A stretch of 32,000 nt of DNA from Klebsiella phage phiKp_27, in the sequence record LC768497.1, one strand, 5' to 3'. Positions 17,334 through 25,751 of the stretch are shown piece by piece. The translations under genes and the position numbers were made by a program. The notes under the pieces were generated by a model, which saw only the letters and a list, made by a program, of their open reading frames with translations, did no database searches and was not told the origin of the DNA. Positions within the stretch are counted from its first letter, which is position 1, and each line of letters opens with the position of its first letter.

Positions 17334-17553
17334 TTTCCCCGCAACACTTTCTGCTGATATCGATTTTAAGCGCTCTAGAACGCGCTGTGAGCGATTTAAT
17401 TTTAGGGCAGGTATTAAAGGCGGGGTAGATTGGGCTGGGGAGGGAGGCGGCGACACTCTTACATATCGCCGTGAAAACATTCCGGCCAAAAATGGTTTAC
17501 GACCGAAACTATTGCCAGTGTAATAATTACTATGCTAACTATTATCAAAAGAA

Positions 17554-17733
17554 TCATAGAGCCGACCCAATGATAATGAGAATGATTATCAGGATAACAA
17601 CCCAGGGCCATTGCACGCTCTTAACTTCCCCGCTGGTGTGCAGTTCCCGGCGAAAACGATCGTTAGACTGGCGGACGTGGTAAATCCCGTGTCCCCGGCT
17701 TTTTGGGCTACCGCCCCGTAATGATCTACTCAT
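17554..17733 (-). CDS. 59-aa tail-anchored-like small membrane protein (C-terminal VVILIIILIIIGSAL)
   Basis: ATGA overlap with upstream minus-strand ORF supports start at 17733. Confidence 0.6.
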   Translation of the reverse strand: MSRSLRGGSPKSRGHGIYHVRQSNDRFRRELHTSGEVKSVQWPWVVILIIILIIIGSAL

Positions 17734-17822
17734 AAAAATACCTCCGCTGCCCATAAGATTAGCAAGCTAATAATTGCAGAAATAGCAATCCATTTAGTTT
17801 CGAGAATTGCCCACGGTGACAT
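17730..17822 (-). CDS. 30-aa single-pass membrane protein (MSPWAILETKWIAISAIISLLILWAAEVFL)
   Basis: Read directly; start overlaps upstream stop (TAATG), stop overlaps downstream start (ATGA). Confidence 0.55.
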   Translation of the reverse strand: MSPWAILETKWIAISAIISLLILWAAEVFL

Positions 17823-17935
17823 TAAAAAGCCCCTTTATTGAACAAGGTATCATAGAGGGCATAGCCGCAAAAAGCGATAAAACCCAAAACCATCATAGAA
17901 CCGACTAAACCGAGCGCCAACATTGAAAAAGCCAT
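17822..17935 (-). CDS. 37-aa membrane protein (MAFSMLALGLVGSMMVLGFIAFCGYALYDTLFNKGAF)
   Basis: RBS AGAGGAGATCG upstream on minus strand. Confidence 0.6.
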   Translation of the reverse strand: MAFSMLALGLVGSMMVLGFIAFCGYALYDTLFNKGAF

Positions 17936-18068
17936 TTTTCGATCTCCTCTATTAGGAGTCATAATAATAACATAACTCTAGCGGGAAGCAACTACTATTT
18001 TTAGTAGTAGACAAGCAAATCCGATTTCCCTATAGTTTGATCTCCCGGCAAGCATAGAAAAATTTTGC

Positions 18069-18106
18069 TTGCTAAAAAGCGGAGAATCTTGCTATAATAG
18101 ATTCTC
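18069..18106 (+). promoter_or_regulatory. promoter with -10 inside hairpin GAGAATC-TTGCTATAATA-GATTCTC
   Basis: TTGCTA - 18 nt - TATAAT; 7-bp inverted repeat brackets the -10. Confidence 0.65.
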
Positions 18107-18130
18107 AGCCAAACAAAGGAGTAACAGAAA

Positions 18131-19093
18131 ATGTTACAGAAGTTTACCCCCGTTGCTAATTTGCCTATGGTTCGCGGTGGCGCTCGCAACCTGTTAGACG
18201 GCAGTAAGTGCGCCTCTATTGGTCATATTTTGGCCGTTTATCGCGCAAATATGGAAAGTAGATCCGGCTATGCCTTTGAGCGTTGCCGTGACTACGCTCT
18301 AGCCAACCCCGGCGCGGCGATTGTTATTTATCACGACGATCAATATTTGGTTGACAGCCAGCCTATTGATCTGATAGTATCTACCACTACGGACGCTTAT
18401 TTGTATAAAGCGTCCGAGGGTAAGCAAGCGTCAAGACGTTTTTGCTACCATGAAAGCGAACTGCTTGCTTTCACTGATGCCCGCGCATGGGTTAAAAATC
18501 TGTGCGATCATCTGGAACTACCACCAGCACGAATCTCTAGCGAAATGATGATTTTTGTGCTTGACAAGGACGGTAGCATCCTGTTACCATGTGACCCTTA
18601 CGATATTGGTATCGAAGAAGGGGCAAGGACTGGAAATTATCGTTATGATGGCGAGCTAGAAGAAGTCGCCCCGGCTGTTACTGAAAATGTAGTTAACCCT
18701 AATAATTTTGAAACTGGAGCTTTACAAATGAATACTATCAAATCTACCGCTACCGCTATCGTTGCCGCTAACAAAAACGCTGCTGTAAACGCTGCCAAAC
18801 TGGAAGCTGGTTCTATCGTCCTGAAAAAAGTTTCCGGCATCGCCGCCAGCAAAGCGCCGTTTATGGTTCGCGGTTACGTTGACACGGCGGTAGGTCGTGT
18901 GGTAATTGCTAACCTGCTGAATTTTGCGGTTAGCCAGTACGCGCCGAACAACCGCAAAGCGGTGATTGCGGCTGACGCTGCAATGCAAGCCGCCATGTTG
19001 GAACTGGTACAAAGTTTCAACGTCGGCGAAATGATTGACGAAGTATTAAAAGGCGTCAATCTTTCTAGCCTGATTGAAAACGAAGCAGAGTAA
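18131..19093 (+). CDS. pre-early region protein, unknown (320 aa)
   Basis: ORF with RBS AAGGAG. Confidence 0.8.
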   Translation: MLQKFTPVANLPMVRGGARNLLDGSKCASIGHILAVYRANMESRSGYAFERCRDYALANPGAAIVIYHDDQYLVDSQPIDLIVSTTTDAYLYKASEGKQASRRFCYHESELLAFTDARAWVKNLCDHLELPPARISSEMMIFVLDKDGSILLPCDPYDIGIEEGARTGNYRYDGELEEVAPAVTENVVNPNNFETGALQMNTIKSTATAIVAANKNAAVNAAKLEAGSIVLKKVSGIAASKAPFMVRGYVDTAVGRVVIANLLNFAVSQYAPNNRKAVIAADAAMQAAMLELVQSFNVGEMIDEVLKGVNLSSLIENEAE

Positions 19094-19158
19094 TTATATC
19101 CAGCGCCTCTATAATGGGGCGCTATAATAATTACCCTGCTAACTAACTGGAGACAAAA

Positions 19159-19653
19159 ATGGAACGGTTTACCGCTACTTTTGAAGGTAAAAAGATGACG
19201 CTTGCCAATATCTGGCATCACCTGCGTGATAATGGCGATCGTGGCAATTTTGCCATTTTCGTCGAACCGAAAAATTTGGATAATCTGGCTCGCCAGATTG
19301 ACCGCCGGGACTGTTACCCGGATACAGATGATATGCTGGGAATCCCCTTGCGGATTATCGGGGTATATGGTTACGGCTTTGATATCTGTATTGGTGATAG
19401 CAGTTTTGAAGTTGACTGCGAAAACGGCGCGACTGAAATGGAAGTATTCCTAATTAGTTTAGGCTCGCTAACGTTTTTGGGTACGCCACCAGCGGAACCG
19501 GAACCGGAAAAGCTGGAGGTGAAAACGTCCGTTATTGTTAGTTCGCTAACTATGGATGAGCTGGCGGATATCGTGTCAACGTATGACGAAATCCACGCCG
19601 ACGCGATTAAAGAGCTAAACAACCGGCTTGATACTTTCCGCGATAAGCTGTAA
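19159..19653 (+). CDS. pre-early protein, unknown, acidic (164 aa)
   Basis: AACTGGAG RBS. Confidence 0.8.
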   Translation: MERFTATFEGKKMTLANIWHHLRDNGDRGNFAIFVEPKNLDNLARQIDRRDCYPDTDDMLGIPLRIIGVYGYGFDICIGDSSFEVDCENGATEMEVFLISLGSLTFLGTPPAEPEPEKLEVKTSVIVSSLTMDELADIVSTYDEIHADAIKELNNRLDTFRDKL

Positions 19654-19706
19654 AATCCCCTTCCCGGCGGCTAAATCTCTAGCCGCCCCCATTATTGGAG
19701 AAAACC

Positions 19707-20234
19707 ATGTTTCACGTAAAATCTTGCGTACCGGGCATTAATTATACGGTAGAAGCGGAAGAAGGTTTATATTTAGAAGGTGGGCGAATTGAGTCTCAGG
19801 AAGTCGCCGCCGTCCTCAAATGTGATACTAATCTTTGTGGTACTGGCTGGACTGACCTTCATTTTTTAGGTCGTGGAATTGACGTCGATTCCCTTTCCTG
19901 GGAAAAGGCTTGCGAACATGCCGAAAGTATGCTAAACGAGGATGATTGGGAAGAAGACGACGGCGACGAAAAATACGCGAATGCTGGCGTTGAGGGGTCG
20001 TTTTATATGTACTGGCCCGGTCATTCCTGCAACCTCGTTAATGGTGGTTCGCCCCTTCATTCCGTTCTAGAGCGGGCAATCTATTTGGGCTATATCCAGA
20101 TAGTTGACGGAAAGGCAGTCATTAATCTGCGTGAACTGAAAACGTTTATCTATATCCCGGATGCTGAAACTATTCTCCGCGTCGAGGAAGGTTTAAAATC
20201 CGGCTGGAAGGTTAGCGGGGTCGTATACCTATGA
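19707..20234 (+). CDS. pre-early protein, unknown (about 175 aa)
   Basis: ATTGGAGAAAACC-ATG supports start MFHVKSC. Confidence 0.75.
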   Translation: MFHVKSCVPGINYTVEAEEGLYLEGGRIESQEVAAVLKCDTNLCGTGWTDLHFLGRGIDVDSLSWEKACEHAESMLNEDDWEEDDGDEKYANAGVEGSFYMYWPGHSCNLVNGGSPLHSVLERAIYLGYIQIVDGKAVINLRELKTFIYIPDAETILRVEEGLKSGWKVSGVVYL

Positions 20235-20578
20235 TTTACATCTATGTCAACAAATATTTTCTGGCCCACTATAAAACGATGGAATCTGTGATTCAATACG
20301 TTAGCCGCCAGAATGCAAGGCATATCGATGAAGTCGCTACCCTCAAAATCGGATTGCGGGGCGATGCTATCAATATTAGCTGGCCTTTGCTGATTCTGAT
20401 TTGCCGTGATCTGGTAGCGGGTAAACCTGTTTCCGTTTCCGCGCTGGGGGAATCTTACCCGCTTTCCGATGATCTGGATCTCTATGATCTGCTGACCAAA
20501 TACAAAACCGAACGCCTGTTTTATCGTGGCGGGTCAGTCTGCTCTAGTGGCGAAACAATTGAAACGGTATTTCGATAA
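20231..20578 (+). CDS. pre-early protein, unknown (115 aa)
   Basis: ATGA overlap. Confidence 0.75.
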   Translation: MIYIYVNKYFLAHYKTMESVIQYVSRQNARHIDEVATLKIGLRGDAINISWPLLILICRDLVAGKPVSVSALGESYPLSDDLDLYDLLTKYKTERLFYRGGSVCSSGETIETVFR

Positions 20579-20817
20579 TGGAAAAGATACGTGTTTTCGT
20601 TAGCACGCAAAGTATTATCAATAATACTTACGCGGTGGAATTAACGCCGGAGGAGTACGCGAAATTTGCCGCCCCTATCACTAATCACGAGTGTGATATT
20701 TTGCCCGCTATTAGTGAATTGCGAAATCATGAGTCTGCTAAGTTATGGGACGAATGGTGGACGGAAGAAGCGCCTGTTTCATTTACTGACCATGATAACA
20801 TTACCTATACGGAATAG
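20578..20817 (+). CDS. pre-early protein, unknown (79 aa)
   Basis: TAATG overlap. Confidence 0.75.
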   Translation: MEKIRVFVSTQSIINNTYAVELTPEEYAKFAAPITNHECDILPAISELRNHESAKLWDEWWTEEAPVSFTDHDNITYTE

Positions 20818-20831
20818 TTAGCTAACGAATT

Positions 20832-20867
20832 AAAAGCCTGCTTATAATGAGCGGGCTTTTTGTTTTT
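20832..20867 (+). terminator. rho-independent terminator with TATAAT in its loop
   Basis: AAAAGCCTGC-ttataatga-GCGGGCTTTTT. Confidence 0.85.
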
Positions 20868-20975
20868 CCGCGCCCCTCTAGCAATGGCCTTTAATGTGGC
20901 CTCTAAATTTAAAGCGCTTAGAATGCGTTATAGAGCGTTCTAGGGGCATATTAGAGTATTACCGCTGCTGGAATA

Positions 20976-20995
20976 TACTGTATAAATATACAGTA
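20976..20995. promoter_or_regulatory. LexA/SOS-box-like operator TACTGTATAAATATACAGTA
   Basis: CTG-N10-CAG with extended consensus arms. Confidence 0.6.
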
Positions 20996-21028
20996 GGATA
21001 ACCTGTGGATAAGTCTGGGGATATCTCG
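20976..21028 (+). repeat. control module copy 2 (LexA-like box plus DnaA-box-like site)
   Basis: See 17281-17333. Confidence 0.9.
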
Positions 21029-21073
21029 TTATACCGCTTCTCAGCTTGTCAAGTCAAAACGTGCTGTGGATAA
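21004..21073 (-). promoter_or_regulatory. two perfect DnaA-box sequences (TGTGGATAA, i.e. TTATCCACA) at 21004-21012 and 21065-21073
   Basis: Exact 9-mers. Confidence 0.65.
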
Positions 21074-21578
21074 CTTGCCTGGAAAACAGGAGTGCAGCAT
21101 AAAATAAACGCAAGCATTATTTTGCGTTTTCATAAAAATAATCATTTGTCTAGTGGATAACTAATTAAATTTCATTTTTGCTTTTTGTATAAGTTATTAA
21201 CAGGGTCTAAAACGCTCTAGAATCGGTTCTAAGAGGTTTTAGATAAAAGCCGATGAATCATACCGGGTATGGGGCGATCTCCTCACCTCGTGTGAAATAG
21301 GTTTTGTCAACCCCTTTTGAAGAAAAATAGTAAAAATATTCGTTGACTTTCTTAAAATATTGTGTCACGTGCGCGCGCCTCCTATCTATCGTGGGCCTGT
21401 TTTCTCTTTACGCTTCTTTACAATTCTCCGCTTGCTCAAAATCTGCAATTTGCTATTATGTATTCACCGGGAGGCAATAAGCCAAACGGGAGCGGAAAAC
21501 ATCCCGCGACGCTCTTTAAAAATTGGGATTCTATAAAAAGCGTTATCGGCTTCTTTACTTAATAAGGAAACCGAAAAC

Positions 21579-21746
21579 ATGTTAAAAGAAAACGTAATGA
21601 GTAGCGAGATTGTAAACGAGTTCACAGTAGCAGACGCCGACCATTTTATAGAGACTTATTTAAATGTGTACGACGTAGATTTAGCCTTCATTCATAAAGA
21701 CGGCCAAATCATTATGCAAACTAAACGAAATCATACACTCCACTAA
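21579..21746 (+). CDS. small pre-early protein (55 aa, MLKENVMSSEIVNEFTVADADHFIETYLNVYDVDLAFIHKDGQIIMQTKRNHTLH)
   Basis: Read directly; below ORF-track length cutoff; upstream AAGGAAACC RBS. Confidence 0.6.
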   Translation: MLKENVMSSEIVNEFTVADADHFIETYLNVYDVDLAFIHKDGQIIMQTKRNHTLH

Positions 21747-21761
21747 TTAAAGGTTGACAAC

Positions 21762-21950
21762 ATGAAACGCTTTGTAATATCATCTAAACCGGCAGCAAAA
21801 TTGAACAAAATGGCAAGCTCGGAACTGGTCAAAATGCAACGCGATATGGCGCGGCGTTACCGCTCTTACCAGCGCGGAGGTCAGCAAGGCTTGCCGATGA
21901 TTTGGGATAACATGATGCGTTATTTAAAATCTTTACAAAATAACGCTTGA
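21762..21950 (+). CDS. small basic pre-early protein (62 aa)
   Basis: ORF with AAAGGTTG RBS. Confidence 0.7.
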   Translation: MKRFVISSKPAAKLNKMASSELVKMQRDMARRYRSYQRGGQQGLPMIWDNMMRYLKSLQNNA

Positions 21951-22116
21951 CAGTCTGCCGATAACGCTTTATTATAGAATCTCAATAAGCAACACCGCTC
22001 TTTAAAAATCTGGAAAAGTCGATTCTCTCAGTAAGGGTAATTGAGTTTTCTGTTAACGCTCTAGAATATCAGAGTGTTAACCGGATAACCCAATAAACTA
22101 AACTGGAGTAAGAAAC

Positions 22117-22377
22117 ATGCAAAACGTTAAAACCCCAATGATCGGTGATTCCGTTTTTATTCCTTTCGTTACTGGCGACGTAAGTAAGCCGGGCGAAAAT
22201 GAAAAAATCGGATATATCAAAGGGGCGGCGATGATCCCGTTTGATAAAATCAACGCGGTATACGCCGAAACGGAAAAAGCAAAAAACAGCGACGCGAAGA
22301 TTTACAGCGTCCGGGTAGATTCCGGCGACGTGGTGAAAGTCATTCGCAAAGATGATAAATGGTTAGCTGTCGCTTAA
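22117..22377 (+). CDS. small pre-early protein (86 aa)
   Basis: AACTGGAG RBS. Confidence 0.75.
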   Translation: MQNVKTPMIGDSVFIPFVTGDVSKPGENEKIGYIKGAAMIPFDKINAVYAETEKAKNSDAKIYSVRVDSGDVVKVIRKDDKWLAVA

Positions 22378-22675
22378 CGGCTAAATGGTATTAATTAAAC
22401 CGCCTCACCCGGCGATTCGGTATATTTATAATATCTCGTTTCGACGGTACATATCATGCTACCGCGGCAATTAAGAGCGGCAAAATAAAGCGACGAATAA
22501 TGCGCTAATATATTTTGAAAGAAATAGCTTTAAAGTGTTTTCTGAATAAGCTGTATAATACTTTTAACGATAGTGCCGGAATATTACGGTGATGAGGTTA
22601 ACCGCTATTATTAACAGCTTATTAGGAATAACATTCTAGTTATTCTAAACCCTTAAATAAAACTGGAGATATATC

Positions 22676-23080
22676 ATGACTGCTACCAAAACCGAAAAAT
22701 TCGCATGGAACGAAACCAACGCCGCAACTGCAATCTCTATGTATGAGGGCATTATTGCATCCGATGGTCTGGAGGTAGCCAACTCGCAAGGTCTGATTGA
22801 CATTGCAAAAGCGGTTGGCGCTGAATCTCATGTAAAGGTACGCTCTAAACTGGTTAGCGCAAAGGTTTATCAGAAGTCCGATAAGCCGCGCAAAGTCGGC
22901 GGCGGCTCCTCCCTGCGTAAAGCTCACTATGTGCGCGTTCTCACTCAGCACGCCATTGCCGACGGCCTGATCGAAGATGCCGATGGGCTGGCAAGTCTGG
23001 AACAAATGAAGCTCGACCAACTGGACGTTATCGCCCGTATGGTTGGCGTTCAGGACGAAGTAAAAGAATCGGCAGAATAA
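22676..23080 (+). CDS. A2: T5 A2-like protein (134 aa)
   Basis: Size and position relative to A1 and dmp match T5 A2; AACTGGAG RBS. Confidence 0.65.
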   Translation: MTATKTEKFAWNETNAATAISMYEGIIASDGLEVANSQGLIDIAKAVGAESHVKVRSKLVSAKVYQKSDKPRKVGGGSSLRKAHYVRVLTQHAIADGLIEDADGLASLEQMKLDQLDVIARMVGVQDEVKESAE

Positions 23081-23147
23081 TTATAATGCGCCTCCCTAGC
23101 GGGGCGCATAATTAAATATTTTGTCCCCCATAACTGGAGAAATAAAA

Positions 23148-23417
23148 ATGGCTTTAATTAAAGGTGCCGTTATTAAATTAACGGGAACCGTCGTGGATGA
23201 ATTAATCCAAACGGGTTATCAGGATAATAAGGTTATGACGCCCCCAAGCGTTAAAGTACCTGAATATATTGTTTTGTGGGTTAACCCTGATGCGGATACT
23301 TTCGGGATGGCTATTAACCGCGAAGTATTTAAGCCGGAAATGCTGGAATTATCTTCCCGCGAAATTTTCCGCTTAAACTACGCTTTCAGCGTAGAAGAAA
23401 GGGAGACTGTAAAATGA
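23148..23417 (+). CDS. pre-early protein, T5 A2-A3-like by position
   Basis: RBS AACTGGAG supports start MALIKGAV. Confidence 0.6.
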   Translation: MALIKGAVIKLTGTVVDELIQTGYQDNKVMTPPSVKVPEYIVLWVNPDADTFGMAINREVFKPEMLELSSREIFRLNYAFSVEERETVK

Positions 23418-23641
23418 TCTTTTTCCCTACTGAATCCTTAATTCTTATCGCTGGCTTTTTCGCCGCCGCTTGTCTCTATGGATACTATAATTTCATGGAA
23501 ATAGGCAGCGAACAAACGGATTTATTACGCCGTGATTTCTGGTTTAAGAAAGCGAATATTTGCCGCCGCTGGTCAATAATCTTTATTATCCTAGCGGTAG
23601 CTTTTGGAATATCCGCCAGTATTATTCCGGCAATAGTTTAG
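23414..23641 (+). CDS. small membrane protein, two TM segments (75 aa)
   Basis: ATGA overlap; hydrophobic segments. Confidence 0.7.
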   Translation: MIFFPTESLILIAGFFAAACLYGYYNFMEIGSEQTDLLRRDFWFKKANICRRWSIIFIILAVAFGISASIIPAIV

Positions 23642-23723
23642 AGTCGCAAATTATAACGCCACCAGCAACAAGGCGTTATATTTGGCAATTCTGCCTATAT
23701 CCCATAACTGGAGAATTTAGATA

Positions 23724-25400
23724 ATGATCATTGCAATCGAGAAACAGAAAGCTATTTTAACCGCTGCTAATAACCTCAACTTTTGGGGTAAACGTCTGCG
23801 CGCTAAAAAGCTGGAGATCTGCGACGAATTGAGCAAAGAGCATTACGGGACGGCGAAACATTCTAGCGAAATTTGCGATTGGCTGGATAATAACAAGCCT
23901 GTTAAACCTGCTGCTGAAAAACGCGCCCAACGTGTTGCGGTGGAAGATTCCCGCCCCGTTGCTGCTGGTCAGCTTAATTCCAGCGTCGAAAGCTGGAAGG
24001 TAATTCCGGGCCGCCGTTTTCTTTTGACTTCGATTCAAAACAATACGTTCCCTCATGCTAATTTCTGGAAAACCTTACAGGAGGCCGCGAAATATCTCGG
24101 CGCAACCCTGCTGGTGAGCAAATACGCTTACAACAAAAAAGGCTTCCAAAACGGGCAAGGCAACGACGAACTGAAATATGATGATGCTTTCTCAGATTTC
24201 ATTTGTGATGAAAACGTGTTTTTGGGCAACCGTGAAACAGGCTTTGCATTCATGGCGGAAATTAACATTCTGCCAACTGCTGATTTCCCGCTGTCTGGTT
24301 TTGGTGAAACAGCAACCGCCTACGGCCTGAAAGGGCTGGCTATCGGTCACGCTAAAATCACCGCCGAAAGTGTCCCGGCAATGAAGGGCGACACTGTGCG
24401 CCGTATGTACTCAACTGGTACGGCGACGCTGAAAAATTATATTCAGCAAAAAGCGGGCCAAAAGGCCGAAGCGCTGCATAACTATGGCGCTTTGCTGGTA
24501 GAGATCGACGATAGCGGCAACTTCTTTGCTCGCCAAATCGAAACGATGGACGAAAGCGGGATGTTTTACGATCTTAACCATAAATTTACGGTTAACGGTG
24601 GCGAGGAAGTAACGGGCCACGTTGCCGCGCTGCAATATGGTGACATTCACGCCGAAAAACTGGATCACGCTGTCGCGGATGCAAGCTGGGGGCCATGTGA
24701 TGATTCTCTAGTGAACGTCCTGCGCCCTCGTTACCAGATTGTGCATGATGTGCATGATTTCACGTCACGCAACCATCATAACCGCGCTAGTGGTGTTTTC
24801 CTTGCGAAACAGTACGCCGCCGGACGTGACAAGGTAATTGACGACCTAATCGATACGGGCCGCGTACTGGAGGCGATGGAACGTGAATTTAGCCAAACGG
24901 TCATTGTTGAATCCAACCATGATCTAGCGCTTTCTCGCTGGCTGGATGATAGCAAAGCAAACATTCAGCAAGACCCGGCGAATGCTCATCTTTACTATCG
25001 TCTGAATGCTGCGATTTATGAGGCAATCGAAAATAAGGACGATACTTTTAACGTGCTGGATTACGCCCTGCGTCAAGTGGCTGGCTGCGACTTTGCTGCG
25101 ATCTTCTTAACTACGGACGAATCGATGAAAATCGCGGGCATCGAATGCGGTTCCCACGGTCACAACGGCATTAACGGCGCTCGCGGCAATCCGAAAGGCT
25201 TCCGCAAGCTCGGCAAGATGAACACTGGCCATACGCATACGCCTAGCATTTACGGCGGCGTTTATACTGCTGGCGTCGCTGGTTCCCTTGATATGGGTTA
25301 CAACATCGGCGCGTCTAGCTGGTCACAGACTCATCTTATCACCTATGAAAACGGGCAACGTACTTTGATTGATTATAAAGACGGCGCTTTCTTTGCATAA
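23724..25400 (+). CDS. A1: T5 A1-like pre-early protein (558 aa), metallophosphoesterase-like features
   Basis: Length and gene order match T5 A1; VESNHD, ...HGH.G and HTHTP motifs in C-terminal half. Confidence 0.8.
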   Translation: MIIAIEKQKAILTAANNLNFWGKRLRAKKLEICDELSKEHYGTAKHSSEICDWLDNNKPVKPAAEKRAQRVAVEDSRPVAAGQLNSSVESWKVIPGRRFLLTSIQNNTFPHANFWKTLQEAAKYLGATLLVSKYAYNKKGFQNGQGNDELKYDDAFSDFICDENVFLGNRETGFAFMAEINILPTADFPLSGFGETATAYGLKGLAIGHAKITAESVPAMKGDTVRRMYSTGTATLKNYIQQKAGQKAEALHNYGALLVEIDDSGNFFARQIETMDESGMFYDLNHKFTVNGGEEVTGHVAALQYGDIHAEKLDHAVADASWGPCDDSLVNVLRPRYQIVHDVHDFTSRNHHNRASGVFLAKQYAAGRDKVIDDLIDTGRVLEAMEREFSQTVIVESNHDLALSRWLDDSKANIQQDPANAHLYYRLNAAIYEAIENKDDTFNVLDYALRQVAGCDFAAIFLTTDESMKIAGIECGSHGHNGINGARGNPKGFRKLGKMNTGHTHTPSIYGGVYTAGVAGSLDMGYNIGASSWSQTHLITYENGQRTLIDYKDGAFFA

Positions 25401-25406
25401 TAAAAA

Positions 25407-25427
25407 AGCCGGGAGAATATCCCGGCT
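25407..25427 (-). terminator. hairpin oriented as a minus-strand terminator (AGCCGGGA/TCCCGGCT then T6 on minus)
   Basis: Minus reads AGCCGGGATATTCTCCCGGCTTTTTTATTA. Confidence 0.6.
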
Positions 25428-25444
25428 AATTAAAGGTGATTAAA

Positions 25445-25723
25445 ATGGCTGTAAAAACCAGACTCCCGAAGATGGTTAACGATTCCGATAGCGTAACATT
25501 GCAGCGCGTTATGTACGAGACTGTATATCGAAACGCTGGCGATCCCAACATATATTTGATGCAAAGCGAATGGAGCGGAGTATTTCATATAGTCCGGCCC
25601 CATGATAGTTTTGTTTCATTCCAGAACTCTAGCGACGCGCTAGAATATTTGCGGGAAGATGATATTCCCGATTTATGGAATGAAACAGATTTAATTTTCG
25701 TCGCTAGTATCGAATCAAAATAA
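25445..25723 (+). CDS. pre-early protein, unknown (about 92 aa)
   Basis: AAAGGTGATT RBS before MAVKTRLP. Confidence 0.7.
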   Translation: MAVKTRLPKMVNDSDSVTLQRVMYETVYRNAGDPNIYLMQSEWSGVFHIVRPHDSFVSFQNSSDALEYLREDDIPDLWNETDLIFVASIESK

Positions 25724-25751
25724 CCCCTAAATAAATAAGCTGGAGAAACAA

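Noticed and set aside
17471-17683. 70-aa + ORF MKTFRPKMVYDRN...
   Set aside because: Antisense to the better supported minus-strand 59-aa membrane ORF; no good RBS and unusual composition.
16464-21100. Plasmid-type replicon (phage-plasmid) suggested by iterons, DnaA boxes and LexA-like sites
   Set aside because: No Rep, ParA/ParB, integrase or repressor gene is visible; surrounding genes fit a lytic T5-like phage. Kept only as a regulatory/origin-like region.
21362-21562. 66-aa + ORF MSRARASYLSWAC...
   Set aside because: Lies in noncoding leader before the 21579 ORF, no RBS (gtgtcacgtgcgcgc), likely chance.
22640-23020. 126-aa minus ORF opposite the A2-like gene
   Set aside because: Antisense shadow of a gene with a clear AACTGGAG RBS.
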